Part shown: one piece after another, positions 1 to 9,899 of the stretch
How the letters are laid out: every line of letters begins with the position of its first letter
Position numbering within the stretch: position 1 is the stretch's first letter
Source: an uncultured Lachnospiraceae bacterium
Lineage (GTDB): Bacteria; Bacillota; Clostridia; Lachnospirales; Lachnospiraceae
Assembly: GCA_949740385.1 (NCBI GenBank)
Contig: CATJJD010000217.1
Location: 1 to 45,557 of the forward strand
DNA length: 45,557 bases
Direction: 5' to 3'
The notes under the pieces: generated by a model
Told to the model about the DNA's origin: nothing
The model's database searches: none
What the model saw: only the letters and a program-made list of their open reading frames with translations
Position numbers and translations under genes: made by a program

Positions 1-1013
1 AGCAGGGTATCCACAACCGTATTCCCTGTCTTAAAAAGGAATTCCAGTCTGTCCATCGTCCGGCTCAGTTCCTCCAGATATACCTGCAGCCCTTCCTCCC
101 TTCCGGCCGCAAGCCGCATGGCGACGGAGAGGGTATTTTTCATGTCGTGGCGTATCCCCCGTACTCCGGAATAGACGCGCTCCAGCTCTCTCATATGCTC
201 CTGCAGGCTGCTGACCTGTTTCTCCAGAATCATCCGGCTGCCCGTTTCCCGGTTCCGGTAAATCATATCCTGAAACAGCCTTACGCAAAAAATAATTGAA
301 AACAACGACAGAATCAAAATGGCGGGAACCAGAATAACCAGCGGCGGATACCTCCCGTAAATCTGCCTCGGCTCCCCCTCTTCTACGGTAAGCAAAATCG
401 CCCGGAGCAGGCTGCATATCAGTACTGCAATCAGGCCGGGTGTGATAAGGAACAGCAGCTCCACATTGCCGATCCGGCAGCTCTTTTCCCGAAATTCCCT
501 CACCACGGCTTTCAGCATACAAGCGGTTACCGCAGCAGAAACTGCGGCCGCCAGGACATTGGTCCCAACCACAGTTGCGTCGACAAGGAGAGAAAGCACA
601 CCGGCGTCTGCAATGTACCCCTGCCCCACGCACCAGTTCCAGAAGACGATCAGCACTTTTCCCGTCTGGCCAAAGGTGTATGCGAGAAATACGCTGATTT
701 CACTCACCGCAAGGAAAACAGCAGCTAAGAAAAAACGGATTTTTCCCCCGGGTCTGTAAAAAACGCAGGCGGCTAAAATAATAATAGCCGCAGACAGTGC
801 AGGCCCTGCAAAAACCCGAATACCCGCAGGGTCAGTTGTGAGAAAAAAAACTGTCCCCGCCCGCAGAACCGCATACAGCACTGCGGCTGCCAGCCCGTTT
901 ATCCGCCGGTTTCTTATCCTTCCCTCCAGAAAGCGCCCCAGGAAATACTGCAGACAGTCCCCCTGAAACACGACAGAAAACATTTCCGTCAGGCGGCCCG
1001 CCATTTCATACAC
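1..1013 (-). CDS. AgrC-like membrane sensor histidine kinase (GHKL domain), 3'-truncated by window edge
   Basis: Not in ORF track because it has no stop in the window. Manual translation from GTG at 1013 (GGAGGT RBS at 1021-1026) is open to base 1. Multi-TM N-terminus, H-box GIRHDMKNTL, then LFKTGNTVVDTLL, typical of LytTR-partner kinases. Confidence 0.85.
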   Translation of the reverse strand, partial: MYEMAGRLTEMFSVVFQGDCLQYFLGRFLEGRIRNRRINGLAAAVLYAVLRAGTVFFLTTDPAGIRVFAGPALSAAIIILAACVFYRPGGKIRFFLAAVFLAVSEISVFLAYTFGQTGKVLIVFWNWCVGQGYIADAGVLSLLVDATVVGTNVLAAAVSAAVTACMLKAVVREFREKSCRIGNVELLFLITPGLIAVLICSLLRAILLTVEEGEPRQIYGRYPPLVILVPAILILSLFSIIFCVRLFQDMIYRNRETGSRMILEKQVSSLQEHMRELERVYSGVRGIRHDMKNTLSVAMRLAAGREEGLQVYLEELSRTMDRLEFLFKTGNTVVDTL

Positions 1014-1200
1014 AAAACACACCTCCATTCTGCAGATACCGCATATAATCCTTTACAAATTCACGGTACCTTTTCTTTGTCAGGTAAACGTTCCGGTCCC
1101 GGTATTCAGCTCCTTCCCTGCCGCCTGAAACGCATCATAACAGGCAAACTTCAAAGCCCCGTGTACCTCCGTCTCCGCTTTCGTTTCCTGCAATATCCAT
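1006..1200 (-). pseudogene. Collapsed remnant of a LytTR-family response regulator
   Basis: Reads MDIAGNESGDGGTRGFEVCLL*CVSGGREGAEYRDRNVYLTKKRYREFVKDYMRYLQNGGVFCV*. The tail resembles LytTR C-termini, there is an in-frame TGA at 1135-1137, and the stop overlaps the kinase start (GTGTATGA). Confidence 0.6.
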
Positions 1201-1268
1201 TTTTCTCCACCTTCACTCTGCTTTACTTTTGCCGCGCTCCGCGCCGGAGTTGCATTTCCTTTATAAGT

Positions 1269-1297
1269 ATTATATTTTGATTCTTCCCGGAAGTCAA
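1269..1297 (-). promoter_or_regulatory. sigma70-type promoter TTGACT-N17-TATAAT
   Basis: -35 at 1292-1297 and -10 at 1269-1274, facing the LytTR remnant and kinase. Confidence 0.75.
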
Positions 1298-1302
1298 TTA
1301 TG

Positions 1303-1333
1303 GAAAAAGGGGGCTGCGCCCGGCAGTCACCCC
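1303..1333 (-). terminator. Rho-independent terminator of the SH3 gene
   Basis: Minus strand GGGGTGACTGC-CGGGC-GCAGCCCCC-TTTTT overlapping the stop codon. Confidence 0.55.
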
Positions 1334-2112
1334 TTTTTCCTCAGAACATTTTTCTCGTAAATACGAATCGTTTTCACAGGGCTGTCCCATTTTGCGCAGC
1401 ACTTTGACACGTCTCCGTACCGTTTTACTTTCGAGCCGAGCTTTCCCGTATCGACAACGAATTCTGACACACACCCGCTGGCTTTTGTTGTAATGTTGTC
1501 TGCCAGCGTATGTCCGGAAGCCTTTATGTCTGCCACAACACACGGGATTACGGTACCGTTTTCAAGAATCAGATCCAGATAAGTTCCGATCCCCACGCCA
1601 AACGCCGTGCCGACCGCCACGCAGTACCGGCCGTTCACCTGCCGTATTCCATAGTTTCCCGTGTATGCATACTGATCCTGCAGCAGGTACTGATCCGACG
1701 ACCTGCTCGTTATTTTCCGATAGGACATAAATGTCTTAAATCCGCTGTTTTTCGGTATCGCATAATCCTGATATGCAATCCCTTTTCTGGAAAGATATGT
1801 TTTCCTGATGTACAGATTGCAGTCCTTCACGCAGCACCATTTATCATTGTAATCCGTCACCTGTACCGGCGTGTTAAACAAAAGTACATCCTTAATCTCC
1901 GACTCTTTGTCCGGATTACTCCTGACGTTCACATTCGCCGTCGTGTAAGCCGTATAAGTACCGTTCTTTCTTTCGCTGTCCAGCACCACGATCTTTTTCG
2001 ATATGCCGGTGCACAGCCTGTCGTTCTCCTGATCCCAGACACCGGCCTCTGCAGGTACCCGCGCCGCAGCCGTCATTACAGATAAAATACAGAAAAATAA
2101 AATTTTTTTCAT
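1327..2112 (-). CDS. Secreted SH3b-domain protein with probable 3D/RlpA-like (double-psi barrel) cell-wall domain
   Basis: Signal peptide MKKILFFCILSVMTAAA; SH3b motif TTANVNVRSNP...KWCCV...YIRKTYL; C-terminal YCVAVGTAFG...GTYLDL...VADIK; AGGAGG RBS. Confidence 0.7.
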   Translation of the reverse strand: MKKILFFCILSVMTAAARVPAEAGVWDQENDRLCTGISKKIVVLDSERKNGTYTAYTTANVNVRSNPDKESEIKDVLLFNTPVQVTDYNDKWCCVKDCNLYIRKTYLSRKGIAYQDYAIPKNSGFKTFMSYRKITSRSSDQYLLQDQYAYTGNYGIRQVNGRYCVAVGTAFGVGIGTYLDLILENGTVIPCVVADIKASGHTLADNITTKASGCVSEFVVDTGKLGSKVKRYGDVSKCCAKWDSPVKTIRIYEKNVLRKKG

Positions 2113-2229
2113 AGAACCTCCTTAAAAAAATCGCCATACTCCAGAGCAGATACTGTACTGCTCATTGTGAGTATAGCCATATTTTGGAAGTTCATTCAAA
2201 AACGAGAAAAGAACAGCCAGACGGGAAAC

Positions 2230-2282
2230 AAAAAAAAGCTGTCTTCGCCCGGATTCATCAAAGCAATCCGCGCAAAAACAGC
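2230..2282 (-). terminator. Rho-independent terminator downstream of MCP
   Basis: Imperfect inverted repeat GCTGTCTTCGCCCGGATT / AATCCGCGCAAAAACAGC with an 8-T tract on the minus strand. Confidence 0.6.
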
Positions 2283-2303
2283 CCGTATGTAGCGTCTTTT
2301 CAA

Positions 2304-4277
2304 TTAACTCGGATCAAGCGTAAACTGATCCACCAGCTCCCTGAGGCAGGACGCCTCCGCAAAAAGCTGCTCGCTGGCAGCCGCCCCCTGCTCCGCCGTG
2401 GCGCTGTTGTTCTGGACAACGAGAGAAATCTGATTGATTCCCCTTGCCACCTGCTCCACCGACTCCGACTGCTCGCCGGAGATCACGGCGATATGGTCGA
2501 TGGCATCAACAACCGACTCGATACTGTTGACGACGCCGAACAGAACATTTGCCGTATTCTGCGCAATCTCCGTGCCCTCATGTACCGCAATCGAAGAGTG
2601 GGCGATCAGCTCCGATGTATTCTTGGCAGCCTGCGCGGACTTTCCGGCAAGATCCCGGACCTCCTCCGCCACAACCGCAAATCCCTTTCCCGCGCTTCCG
2701 GCCCGCGCCGCCTCCACGGCCGCGTTCAGCGCCAGAATGTTTGTCTGGAACGCAATGTCGTCAATGGTTTTTAAAATCTTTTCAATCTCGTCGGAGCTGA
2801 CCTGAATCTTTTCCATGGCCTCCACGAGATCCTGCATCTTCCGGTTGCACAGATAGACCTCCTCGCCGGTCTTATGCGTCTGGCTCCTGACCTCGGCCGC
2901 CCCTTCTGCCGTGCTCTTAACCTCCTCGGAGATCAGACTGATCCGGGACGCCAGCTCCTGCACCGAGCTGTCCTGCTCCGTGGTGCCCTGACTCAGCGTC
3001 TGGGCGCTTGAGGACAGCTGATTGCTGGCGTCTGCCACCCCTTCCGCCGAGTGGTTAACCTGCTGTATGGCACCGCTCAGCTGCTGCTTCATATGGCGCA
3101 TGGAGACGAGAATATCGTGAAAGCTGCCCACATACACCTCCTCGTGCTCCGTGTGGATATTGAGATTCTGTTTCGCCATCTCGCCCAGCAGATAGTTGAT
3201 GTCGCTGATAACCGTGCGCAGTCCCTCCACAAGAGCCTCTGTCGACTCCACAAGCATTCCGGTCTCGTCCTTATTCTTCACCTTCGGCATCGGCGTATCC
3301 AGATCGCCCTCCACAAGCTGCTTCATCCGATTCACACACGCCCTCATCGGCCTGCCGATATTGGACGCCAGCACAAGGGCCACCACAATGGAAATCAGGA
3401 TAGATACGATAGTCACAGCCACATTGATCACCATGGAATCCCTTGTGGATGCCAGATAGTTGATCTGCGGCGCGGTCACCGCAATGCTCCAGCCGCCTGT
3501 TCCCTCAACGGGCGCATAGGCCGCAAACATTTTCTCTCCCCTGTCCACATAGCCGCCGAAGCCGTTCTTTCCCTCCCGCATCTGCCCGTGGATCGCCGCA
3601 AGCTCCGCGAGAGAAGAATCCGACCGTGCCTGTTCCTCAATATTCTGTACCGTGATCGTCTCCAGGGTAACATCGGCAATCGTGTCGCCGGCCTGGTCAA
3701 TCATATAGGCTCTGCTGTTTTCCCCGAGGGAAATTGCACTTACAATGTCGTTCAAAAAGGTCTCGTTCGGAACGAAATATACGACGCCCACAATGGCATT
3801 TCCGCTGTTTCCGCCCTCGTACAGAGGCGCCGCCACCATGATCGAGAGCTCCCCTGTGACCTTGCTGATTAACGGTTCCGACACCCAGACATTTCCCTGC
3901 ATAGCCTGTTTTACATACTCCCGGTCCGAATAATCGTTCCCGTCAAAAATACTTTTGCCGTCCGCTCCGACAATATTTCCTCTTCGGAAATTGTGCATGG
4001 AAACCCGCTCGTCGATAATCCGCTTTTTCTCATCCGGCGTGACCCCCGGATCGGAAAGCTGCGGAATGCATCCGACCTCCATGACGACGTTCTTATACAC
4101 ATTCAGCTCCTGCTGCACGCGCCCCGCCGCCAGAACGGCCGTCTGGGACATCATCTGCTCCACCGTGGATATGGTATTGCTGTAGCCAAGCATCAGACTC
4201 GCATATCCGGACGCAAGCAGCCCGATCAGAATTGTCAGAATAAGACTTAGGTTAATTTTGGTTCGTATACTTTTCAT
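2304..4277 (-). CDS. Methyl-accepting chemotaxis protein (TM-Cache-TM-HAMP-MA)
   Basis: Hairpin-tip signature [38 protein letters not shown] motif DETGML and two TM helices. Start moved to MKSIRTK (GGGGGAG RBS). Confidence 0.93.
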   Translation of the reverse strand: MKSIRTKINLSLILTILIGLLASGYASLMLGYSNTISTVEQMMSQTAVLAAGRVQQELNVYKNVVMEVGCIPQLSDPGVTPDEKKRIIDERVSMHNFRRGNIVGADGKSIFDGNDYSDREYVKQAMQGNVWVSEPLISKVTGELSIMVAAPLYEGGNSGNAIVGVVYFVPNETFLNDIVSAISLGENSRAYMIDQAGDTIADVTLETITVQNIEEQARSDSSLAELAAIHGQMREGKNGFGGYVDRGEKMFAAYAPVEGTGGWSIAVTAPQINYLASTRDSMVINVAVTIVSILISIVVALVLASNIGRPMRACVNRMKQLVEGDLDTPMPKVKNKDETGMLVESTEALVEGLRTVISDINYLLGEMAKQNLNIHTEHEEVYVGSFHDILVSMRHMKQQLSGAIQQVNHSAEGVADASNQLSSSAQTLSQGTTEQDSSVQELASRISLISEEVKSTAEGAAEVRSQTHKTGEEVYLCNRKMQDLVEAMEKIQVSSDEIEKILKTIDDIAFQTNILALNAAVEAARAGSAGKGFAVVAEEVRDLAGKSAQAAKNTSELIAHSSIAVHEGTEIAQNTANVLFGVVNSIESVVDAIDHIAVISGEQSESVEQVARGINQISLVVQNNSATAEQGAAASEQLFAEASCLRELVDQFTLDPS

Positions 4278-4558
4278 ATCAATGCTCCCCCTGCTCGCCG
4301 GCTGAAAACTGTGCATTACCCGCACGTTCAGCCACTCTTATTTTGTATCTATATGTAAAAGCCCAGGATCTGGCTTTCATTCATAAGCAGCCGATTATTG
4401 ACAACAAAAAGTACCTGATCAGCATAAACCTGAGAGAGGTACCTGTAATATAATAAACCATACTTTTAGAAATTACAACAATTTATCCTGTCCTTTTTGC
4501 ATTTTTTAATGAGCCTCCTCTCTGCTCTCATCTTATCACGCCTCTCACCCGGCGTATG

Positions 4559-5818
4559 CTACCCCTCCGTTCTGCGGTTTAAAAGCACCCGGCAGGTGAA
4601 CAGCCCGTCTTCGGCATAAAAATCCGCGCTGCCGCCGTATTTTGCCGCAATGCGCCGGATACTCCATATGCCGGTGCCCTCCTGCCCCTCCGTTCCGCCA
4701 AAAAAAAGCTCATCCAGGCATGTGTTCTGACACATAATAAGAATCCCCCCGCCCTGGTGCCGCACCACAATCTCCACCCGGCGTTCCCTGGCGTCCCGAC
4801 AGCCCCGAAAGGCGTTCTCCGTTATATTGCCGAGAACCGTAATCAGGTCCACATCCAGGACGGGCGTATTCTCCCCCAGCCGAAGCAGCGTCCGAAAGAC
4901 AATGCCCTCTCTTTCGGCCCTTTTCACATACCCGGTCACCAGGCTGTTCACCGCGCTGTTGGAGCAGTGGCGCGTTTGCTGCTGCTTCCACTCCACCACA
5001 TCATATTCCCGCAGGTAGGACAGAATTCCCGCGCAGTCTCCCTTTTTCGCCAGCTCCGCCACAACCACATTGTGGTGCCGGATGTCGTGGCGCATCTGCC
5101 TCGCCCTCTGATCCAGCCGGTCACAGCTCTCTTTCCGCTGCGCCAGAATGCGCTCGTACAGCTGCAGCTGCGCAAACCGGTACTCCTCCGCAGGCCCTGA
5201 CAGAACGTAAAACAGCAGCAGAAACACCGACAGGCAGGCCGCCGCCATCACCGCCGCCTGACCTTTTATCCCCCCCACACCCGACTGTCCGGCCCCTCCG
5301 CCAACCGCGGCCGCCGTGACGGCAAATGTCAGTCCGGAAACCGCGGCGATTCGTGACGCGCCGCCGTGCATTCTCCGGTAAATCTGACCGAGCCGCCCTC
5401 TCAGGCCGCCCGCGTAAAGCGCGAGAAAAAGCAGGTTAAATCCGATTTGAAAAACCCGCATAAGCCAGTCCTCCAGACATTTTGCGGCGAGGGAGGAAAA
5501 TCCCCACCGCAGCACAAACAGACTGTAGTATGTAAAAACTAAAAAGACGGATTTCGCCGGGCTGGATGCGGAAAGCACACACAAAAAAACACCCGCGTAA
5601 ACCGCGGCTGCAGACAGATTTACCGCCGGGCACAGACACCGGCCCTTCTCCGGCGTCCACACTGCTGCGGCATAAAACAGCGCCTGGCAGCACACTGCGG
5701 TCGCCGCCAGAACAAGCAGCCTTTTTCGTCTGCCGCACTTTGGCTCCAGCGCAAGATTGTAAAACCAGATCGCATGAAAAATATTGTCGGTAACATGTGA
5801 GGTCAACGCTTCATTCAT
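4559..5818 (-). CDS. AgrC-like sensor histidine kinase (GHKL domain)
   Basis: Multi-TM N-terminus, H-box QMRHDIRHH, N-box LGNITENA, G-box GTGIWSIRRIAAKYGG; AAGGAG RBS. Confidence 0.85.
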   Translation of the reverse strand: MNEALTSHVTDNIFHAIWFYNLALEPKCGRRKRLLVLAATAVCCQALFYAAAVWTPEKGRCLCPAVNLSAAAVYAGVFLCVLSASSPAKSVFLVFTYYSLFVLRWGFSSLAAKCLEDWLMRVFQIGFNLLFLALYAGGLRGRLGQIYRRMHGGASRIAAVSGLTFAVTAAAVGGGAGQSGVGGIKGQAAVMAAACLSVFLLLFYVLSGPAEEYRFAQLQLYERILAQRKESCDRLDQRARQMRHDIRHHNVVVAELAKKGDCAGILSYLREYDVVEWKQQQTRHCSNSAVNSLVTGYVKRAEREGIVFRTLLRLGENTPVLDVDLITVLGNITENAFRGCRDARERRVEIVVRHQGGGILIMCQNTCLDELFFGGTEGQEGTGIWSIRRIAAKYGGSADFYAEDGLFTCRVLLNRRTEG

Positions 5819-5955
5819 TTTCTGCTCCTTCGCCCCATTTGCACACGTCCGCGGCCAGGCAGGGGAGATGATGAACAGCCCGGCCGTGAATCACATGCAT
5901 ATACAGTTTAGCGCCATCCGGCAAAAAAGAAAAGAGTTTCGGTACGGATTGTACC

Positions 5956-6690
5956 TCAGAGGGTATCGATTGTTCTTCCCAGATAATAGCTGAAATATTT
6001 TTCCCGGAGAGCACCATACGAGCCCCGGGGCAGATGCACCGTGCTGCCGTCGTCCATCAAAAGCGTCTGCCTGTCCAGCTGCTCCACATGGGCCAGGTTC
6101 ACAATATAGGAAACGCCCACCTTCGCAAAAGCCCGGTAGGCGGAAAGCAGCTCGCCCAGCTTTGCCATGGTCATGCTCAAAGACAGGCTCTCTCCGCTCT
6201 TAAGCCGGACACACTGCTTTTTCCGGTTGGCCTCACAGTACACAATATCGCTGACCGCCACCCGGCAGACCTGGCTGTCCGTCTCAAACAGCAGATAGTC
6301 TTCCTCCCTGGCTCTGGCCACGGCCTTGTCCATCACCGAAAACAGAGTCTTTCTGGAGACGGGCTTTACAAGATACTGCAGCGCGTCCACCGAAAACGCG
6401 TCCAGCGCGTGATCCCGGGAGGATGTAAGAAAAATAATCCCGCAGGAACGGCCCATTTTTTTCAGCTGTTTCGCCGCCTCGATGCCCGAGCTGCCCGGCA
6501 TATAAATATCCATAAACACCAGATCCGGCGCATAGTCGGTCTTGCCGGCCGTCTCAAGCAGACTGTCTCCGCTGTCAAAACGCCTCACCAGAAATTCCCT
6601 TGCGCCGGTCTGGCCGCAGTAGGATTTCAGCATGTCCGCCACCTTATCCAGTTCCTTCGCATCATCGTCGCAGAGCGCTATCTGATACAT
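5956..6690 (-). CDS. LytTR-family two-component response regulator
   Basis: Receiver IALCDDD...FMDIYMP...YLVKP; LytTR domain DIVYCEA...SYIVNLAHV. Confidence 0.92.
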   Translation of the reverse strand: MYQIALCDDDAKELDKVADMLKSYCGQTGAREFLVRRFDSGDSLLETAGKTDYAPDLVFMDIYMPGSSGIEAAKQLKKMGRSCGIIFLTSSRDHALDAFSVDALQYLVKPVSRKTLFSVMDKAVARAREEDYLLFETDSQVCRVAVSDIVYCEANRKKQCVRLKSGESLSLSMTMAKLGELLSAYRAFAKVGVSYIVNLAHVEQLDRQTLLMDDGSTVHLPRGSYGALREKYFSYYLGRTIDTL

Positions 6691-6818
6691 CTGACTGCAC
6701 CTCGTTTACGTTCTCTGTCATTCCTTCGTAACTGCAATCATTATTTTAACACAGACAGCCTGCTCTCATCCTGTCATTTTTGGCTCTAAGCCAACTGATT
6801 TTGGCAGTCCGGCCGCAG

Positions 6819-8237
6819 CTATTCCGGCATTTCCAGATCAAAGCCAAAGTAGCGGACGGCATTTCGGTAAGCAATATCCTTCACCATTCCGCCAAGTCGC
6901 TCCTCGTCCCACGGATACTCGCCGTTTTCCACCCATCTGCCCATCAGACTGCAGAGAATCCGCCGGAAATACTCGTGTCTCGTGTAGGAGAGAAAGCTGC
7001 GGGAGTCTGTCAGCATACCGATAAAGTTTGCCAGAAGCCCCAGGTTTGCCAGACTTGTCATCTGGTCTGTCATCCCCTGCCTGCTGTCGTTGAACCACCA
7101 GGCACTGCCCTGCTGAATTTTGCCGGGGCAGGTGCTGTCCTGAAAACAGCCGATCACCGTGCCGATGGCCGCGTTGTCCGCCGGATTTAAGCTGTAGAGA
7201 ACCGTTTTCGGAAGACCGCCCCCTTCTGCCATGGCGTTTAGCAGCTCTGCAAGCGAAGCGGAGGGCGTGTGAGTGTCGATACAGTCAAAGCCCGTGTCCG
7301 GGCCAAGCTTCCCGGCCCTCCCCCTGTCGCAGTCCCGCTTTACGCCGAAGTGGAGCTGCATGACAAAGCCCAGTTTTTTGTACTCGCCTGCGAGAAACAG
7401 AAGAATCGCCGTTTGGTACTTTAATTCATCCGTGCGGCTTATCGGCTTTCTTGAGAGGGCACGGCCGAAGATCTCCTCGATCTCTGCCTCTTTTGCCGGC
7501 TCGTACATGGCATAGTCGCTGCTGTGGTCGCTGGCCGCACAGCCCATGGAATCGAAGAAAATAAGCCGCCGGACAAGAGCCTCCTTCAGGGAGGCAAAGT
7601 CCGTTACGGCCACCCCCGCGGCGGCCCCGAGCCTTTCCATATAATCGGCAAAGCCGAAGTCTGTAATCTTCATGGCCGCCTCCGGCCGAAAGGCCGGCAG
7701 CACCTGCACCGGAAAAGTGTCGTCCTCCCGAAGCATTCTGTGCCAGCGCAGATCGTCCGCCGGATCGTCCGTCGTGCACAGAAGCGTTACGCCGGACTTT
7801 ACAATGAGACTGCGCGCATCCATTCCCGGCTCCTGCAGCCGCTCGTTGCAGTGCTGCCAGACCTCGTCCGCCGTGTCGGCGTTTAACACGCCGTGATAGT
7901 CAAAGTATCGCTGCAGCTCCAGGTGGCTCCAGTGATAAATCGGATTTCCGATGGCCTTCTCCAGCGTCATGGTCCACCGCCTGAATTTCTCCCGGTCCGG
8001 GGCGTCGCCTGTGATATACGCTTCCTCCACGCCGTTTGCCCGCATCAGCCTCCACTTGTAATGATCGCTCGCAAGCCACACCTCGGCGATGTTGGAAAAG
8101 CGCCGGTTTTTGGCGATCTCCTCCGGGCTTAAGTGGCAGTGGTAATCCAGAATCGGCATTGCAGACGCAAATTTGTGGTAGAGCACCCGGGCCGTCTCGC
8201 TCTCCAGCAGAAAATCTTCTCCCATAAAAGGTCTCAT
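6819..8237 (-). CDS. uxaC: Uronate (glucuronate) isomerase
   Basis: DYHCHL, DHYKWRLMR, WWFND and MLTDSRSFLSY motifs. Start set at MRPFMGEDFLL. Confidence 0.95.
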   Translation of the reverse strand: MRPFMGEDFLLESETARVLYHKFASAMPILDYHCHLSPEEIAKNRRFSNIAEVWLASDHYKWRLMRANGVEEAYITGDAPDREKFRRWTMTLEKAIGNPIYHWSHLELQRYFDYHGVLNADTADEVWQHCNERLQEPGMDARSLIVKSGVTLLCTTDDPADDLRWHRMLREDDTFPVQVLPAFRPEAAMKITDFGFADYMERLGAAAGVAVTDFASLKEALVRRLIFFDSMGCAASDHSSDYAMYEPAKEAEIEEIFGRALSRKPISRTDELKYQTAILLFLAGEYKKLGFVMQLHFGVKRDCDRGRAGKLGPDTGFDCIDTHTPSASLAELLNAMAEGGGLPKTVLYSLNPADNAAIGTVIGCFQDSTCPGKIQQGSAWWFNDSRQGMTDQMTSLANLGLLANFIGMLTDSRSFLSYTRHEYFRRILCSLMGRWVENGEYPWDEERLGGMVKDIAYRNAVRYFGFDLEMPE

Positions 8238-8288
8238 TTCCTGTTTTCCTTTCTTCATAAATAATGCAATTGCTAATCGTCCAAAGGG

Positions 8289-9899
8289 TTACAGATACCG
8301 CTCCAGCGTCCTTCTGACACTGCCCTTTCCCGCAGTCATTTCCCGCAGAAAGCCGATGACCGTCTCCCCGAGGCCCACCACAAAAAGATTTACGCCAAAA
8401 ATATTTTCCATCCGAAGCAGCTCTGACACCGCCGCCTCCACATCCTGATTTTCGGTCAGCGTGAGCTTTTCCACAAAGGGGCGCAGCACATTTAAAAGCG
8501 GGTCCGGGCTCACGGCAAAGGAATTTCCCTGGTCGTCGACGCCCAGAAGATACCGCAGCCAGCCCGCAAGCACGAGGGGAATCCCCCGAAGCTCCGACAC
8601 GGAATGCTTTTCCGATGCCGCAAAGGCCCGGATGGTGCCGCCGAAGCGGACCGCAAGCTTCTGGGAGGTGTCCGTGGCGATGCGCTGCGGCGTGTCCGGC
8701 ATAAAAGGATTCGGCAGCCGCAGGCGTATCACCGTATCGAGAAATACGGCCGGGTCAAGGATGCCAGGATCGACCGCAACCGGAAGCCCCTCCCTGCGCC
8801 CCACCTGCTCCACAAGCTTCAAAAGATCCGGATCTTTCATCTCGTCGGAGATCTTTGTATACCCCAGAAGACAGCCGAACACCGCGAGAGCCGTGTGAAG
8901 CGGATTCAGACAGGTGCACACCTTCATCCTCTCAGCCTGATCCACCACAGCTTTGGCCGCAAAGATCACGCCGGCTTTATCCAGCGGCGGTCTCCCGTTG
9001 GGGAATGCATCCTCGATAACCAGATACTGCGTCTCCTCCGCGTTGACAAAGGGCGCAGCGTATGTTTTTTTCGATGTGACAACCGGCGCAGTCTCCTCTA
9101 CGCCGTCCGCCAGAAGCATCTGCTCCACGGCGCCGTCCGGCCGCGGCGTGATCTTATCGATCATGCTCCAGGGGAAGGACACCCGCTCTCTGTCGTTCAC
9201 ATAGTCCACAAAGCCGGTCTCCGCCTTTTTGTTTTTCGCCCAGGCTCTGGCGAAGGCGTCGACGGCCGTAAAAAGCCGGTCTCCGTTGTGGGAGCAGTTG
9301 TCGGTGCTCACAAGGGCAACCGGCTTTTTCCCTGACAGATAGCGCGCGTACAGAAGAGACGCCACTTTTCCCATATAGCTGACCGGCCGCTCCGGCCCGG
9401 CCGCAAAATCCGCGGCAACCGCGGGAAGCGTCTCCTCTTTTGCGTCCGTCAGGCCATAGCCCTTCTCCGTGATCGTAAAGGTGGCCAGCTGCAGGGAATC
9501 CTTCGCAAATATCTCCCGAAGCCGCCCGAAGGCCGCCCTGTCCCTTTCGTCCATCGCAACGGACTCCGCCACAGCTCCCACAACGGTTTTCTCCGTCGTG
9601 CCGTCCGATTTTAGTGTCACAAGTATGCTGTAGTCGTCGTGGGATCGGTTCATCTTCTCCACGATCTCATAGTCGAAGCCCTCGGCCACGATGATTCCCC
9701 GGTCTGTCGCCCCCGCATTCAAAAGGCTCTGGGCCAGGGCGGCGTGATACGCCCGAAACAGATTTCCCGCCCCGAAATGAATCCAGACGGGATTCTCTCT
9801 GGTCCGCCTTATCATCGCTTCCCGGTCGTACCGGGGAAGCCCATAGCCCCGCTCCTCCCACCAGGCCCGGTCACGCAGTCCCTCTTCACTGATTATCAT
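8289..9899 (-). CDS. uxuB: Mannitol dehydrogenase family oxidoreductase, probable fructuronate reductase
   Basis: WIHFGAGNLFR, TITEKGY, STDNCSHNG, MIDKITP and IATDTSQK motifs; lies between uxuA and uxaC. Confidence 0.8.
   Translation of the reverse strand: MIISEEGLRDRAWWEERGYGLPRYDREAMIRRTRENPVWIHFGAGNLFRAYHAALAQSLLNAGATDRGIIVAEGFDYEIVEKMNRSHDDYSILVTLKSDGTTEKTVVGAVAESVAMDERDRAAFGRLREIFAKDSLQLATFTITEKGYGLTDAKEETLPAVAADFAAGPERPVSYMGKVASLLYARYLSGKKPVALVSTDNCSHNGDRLFTAVDAFARAWAKNKKAETGFVDYVNDRERVSFPWSMIDKITPRPDGAVEQMLLADGVEETAPVVTSKKTYAAPFVNAEETQYLVIEDAFPNGRPPLDKAGVIFAAKAVVDQAERMKVCTCLNPLHTALAVFGCLLGYTKISDEMKDPDLLKLVEQVGRREGLPVAVDPGILDPAVFLDTVIRLRLPNPFMPDTPQRIATDTSQKLAVRFGGTIRAFAASEKHSVSELRGIPLVLAGWLRYLLGVDDQGNSFAVSPDPLLNVLRPFVEKLTLTENQDVEAAVSELLRMENIFGVNLFVVGLGETVIGFLREMTAGKGSVRRTLERYL

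Noticed and set aside
31-633. 200-aa ORF from the track
   Set aside because: Alternative frame overlapping the real kinase (1-1013), which has clear H-box motifs.
1135-1137. Selenocysteine read-through of the in-frame TGA
   Set aside because: No redox-motif context; a degraded regulator is a simpler explanation.
4278-4558. c-di-GMP riboswitch or sigma28 promoter upstream of the MCP
   Set aside because: Only a generic hairpin (GGCTGAA...TTCAGCC) is visible; conserved aptamer motifs and a correctly oriented TAAA-N15-GCCGATAA were not found.
5811-6017. AgrD-like autoinducer peptide or 68-aa ORF between LytTR and kinase
   Set aside because: No good RBS, no amphipathic leader + Cys-ring + acidic/Pro tail pattern, and no agrB nearby.
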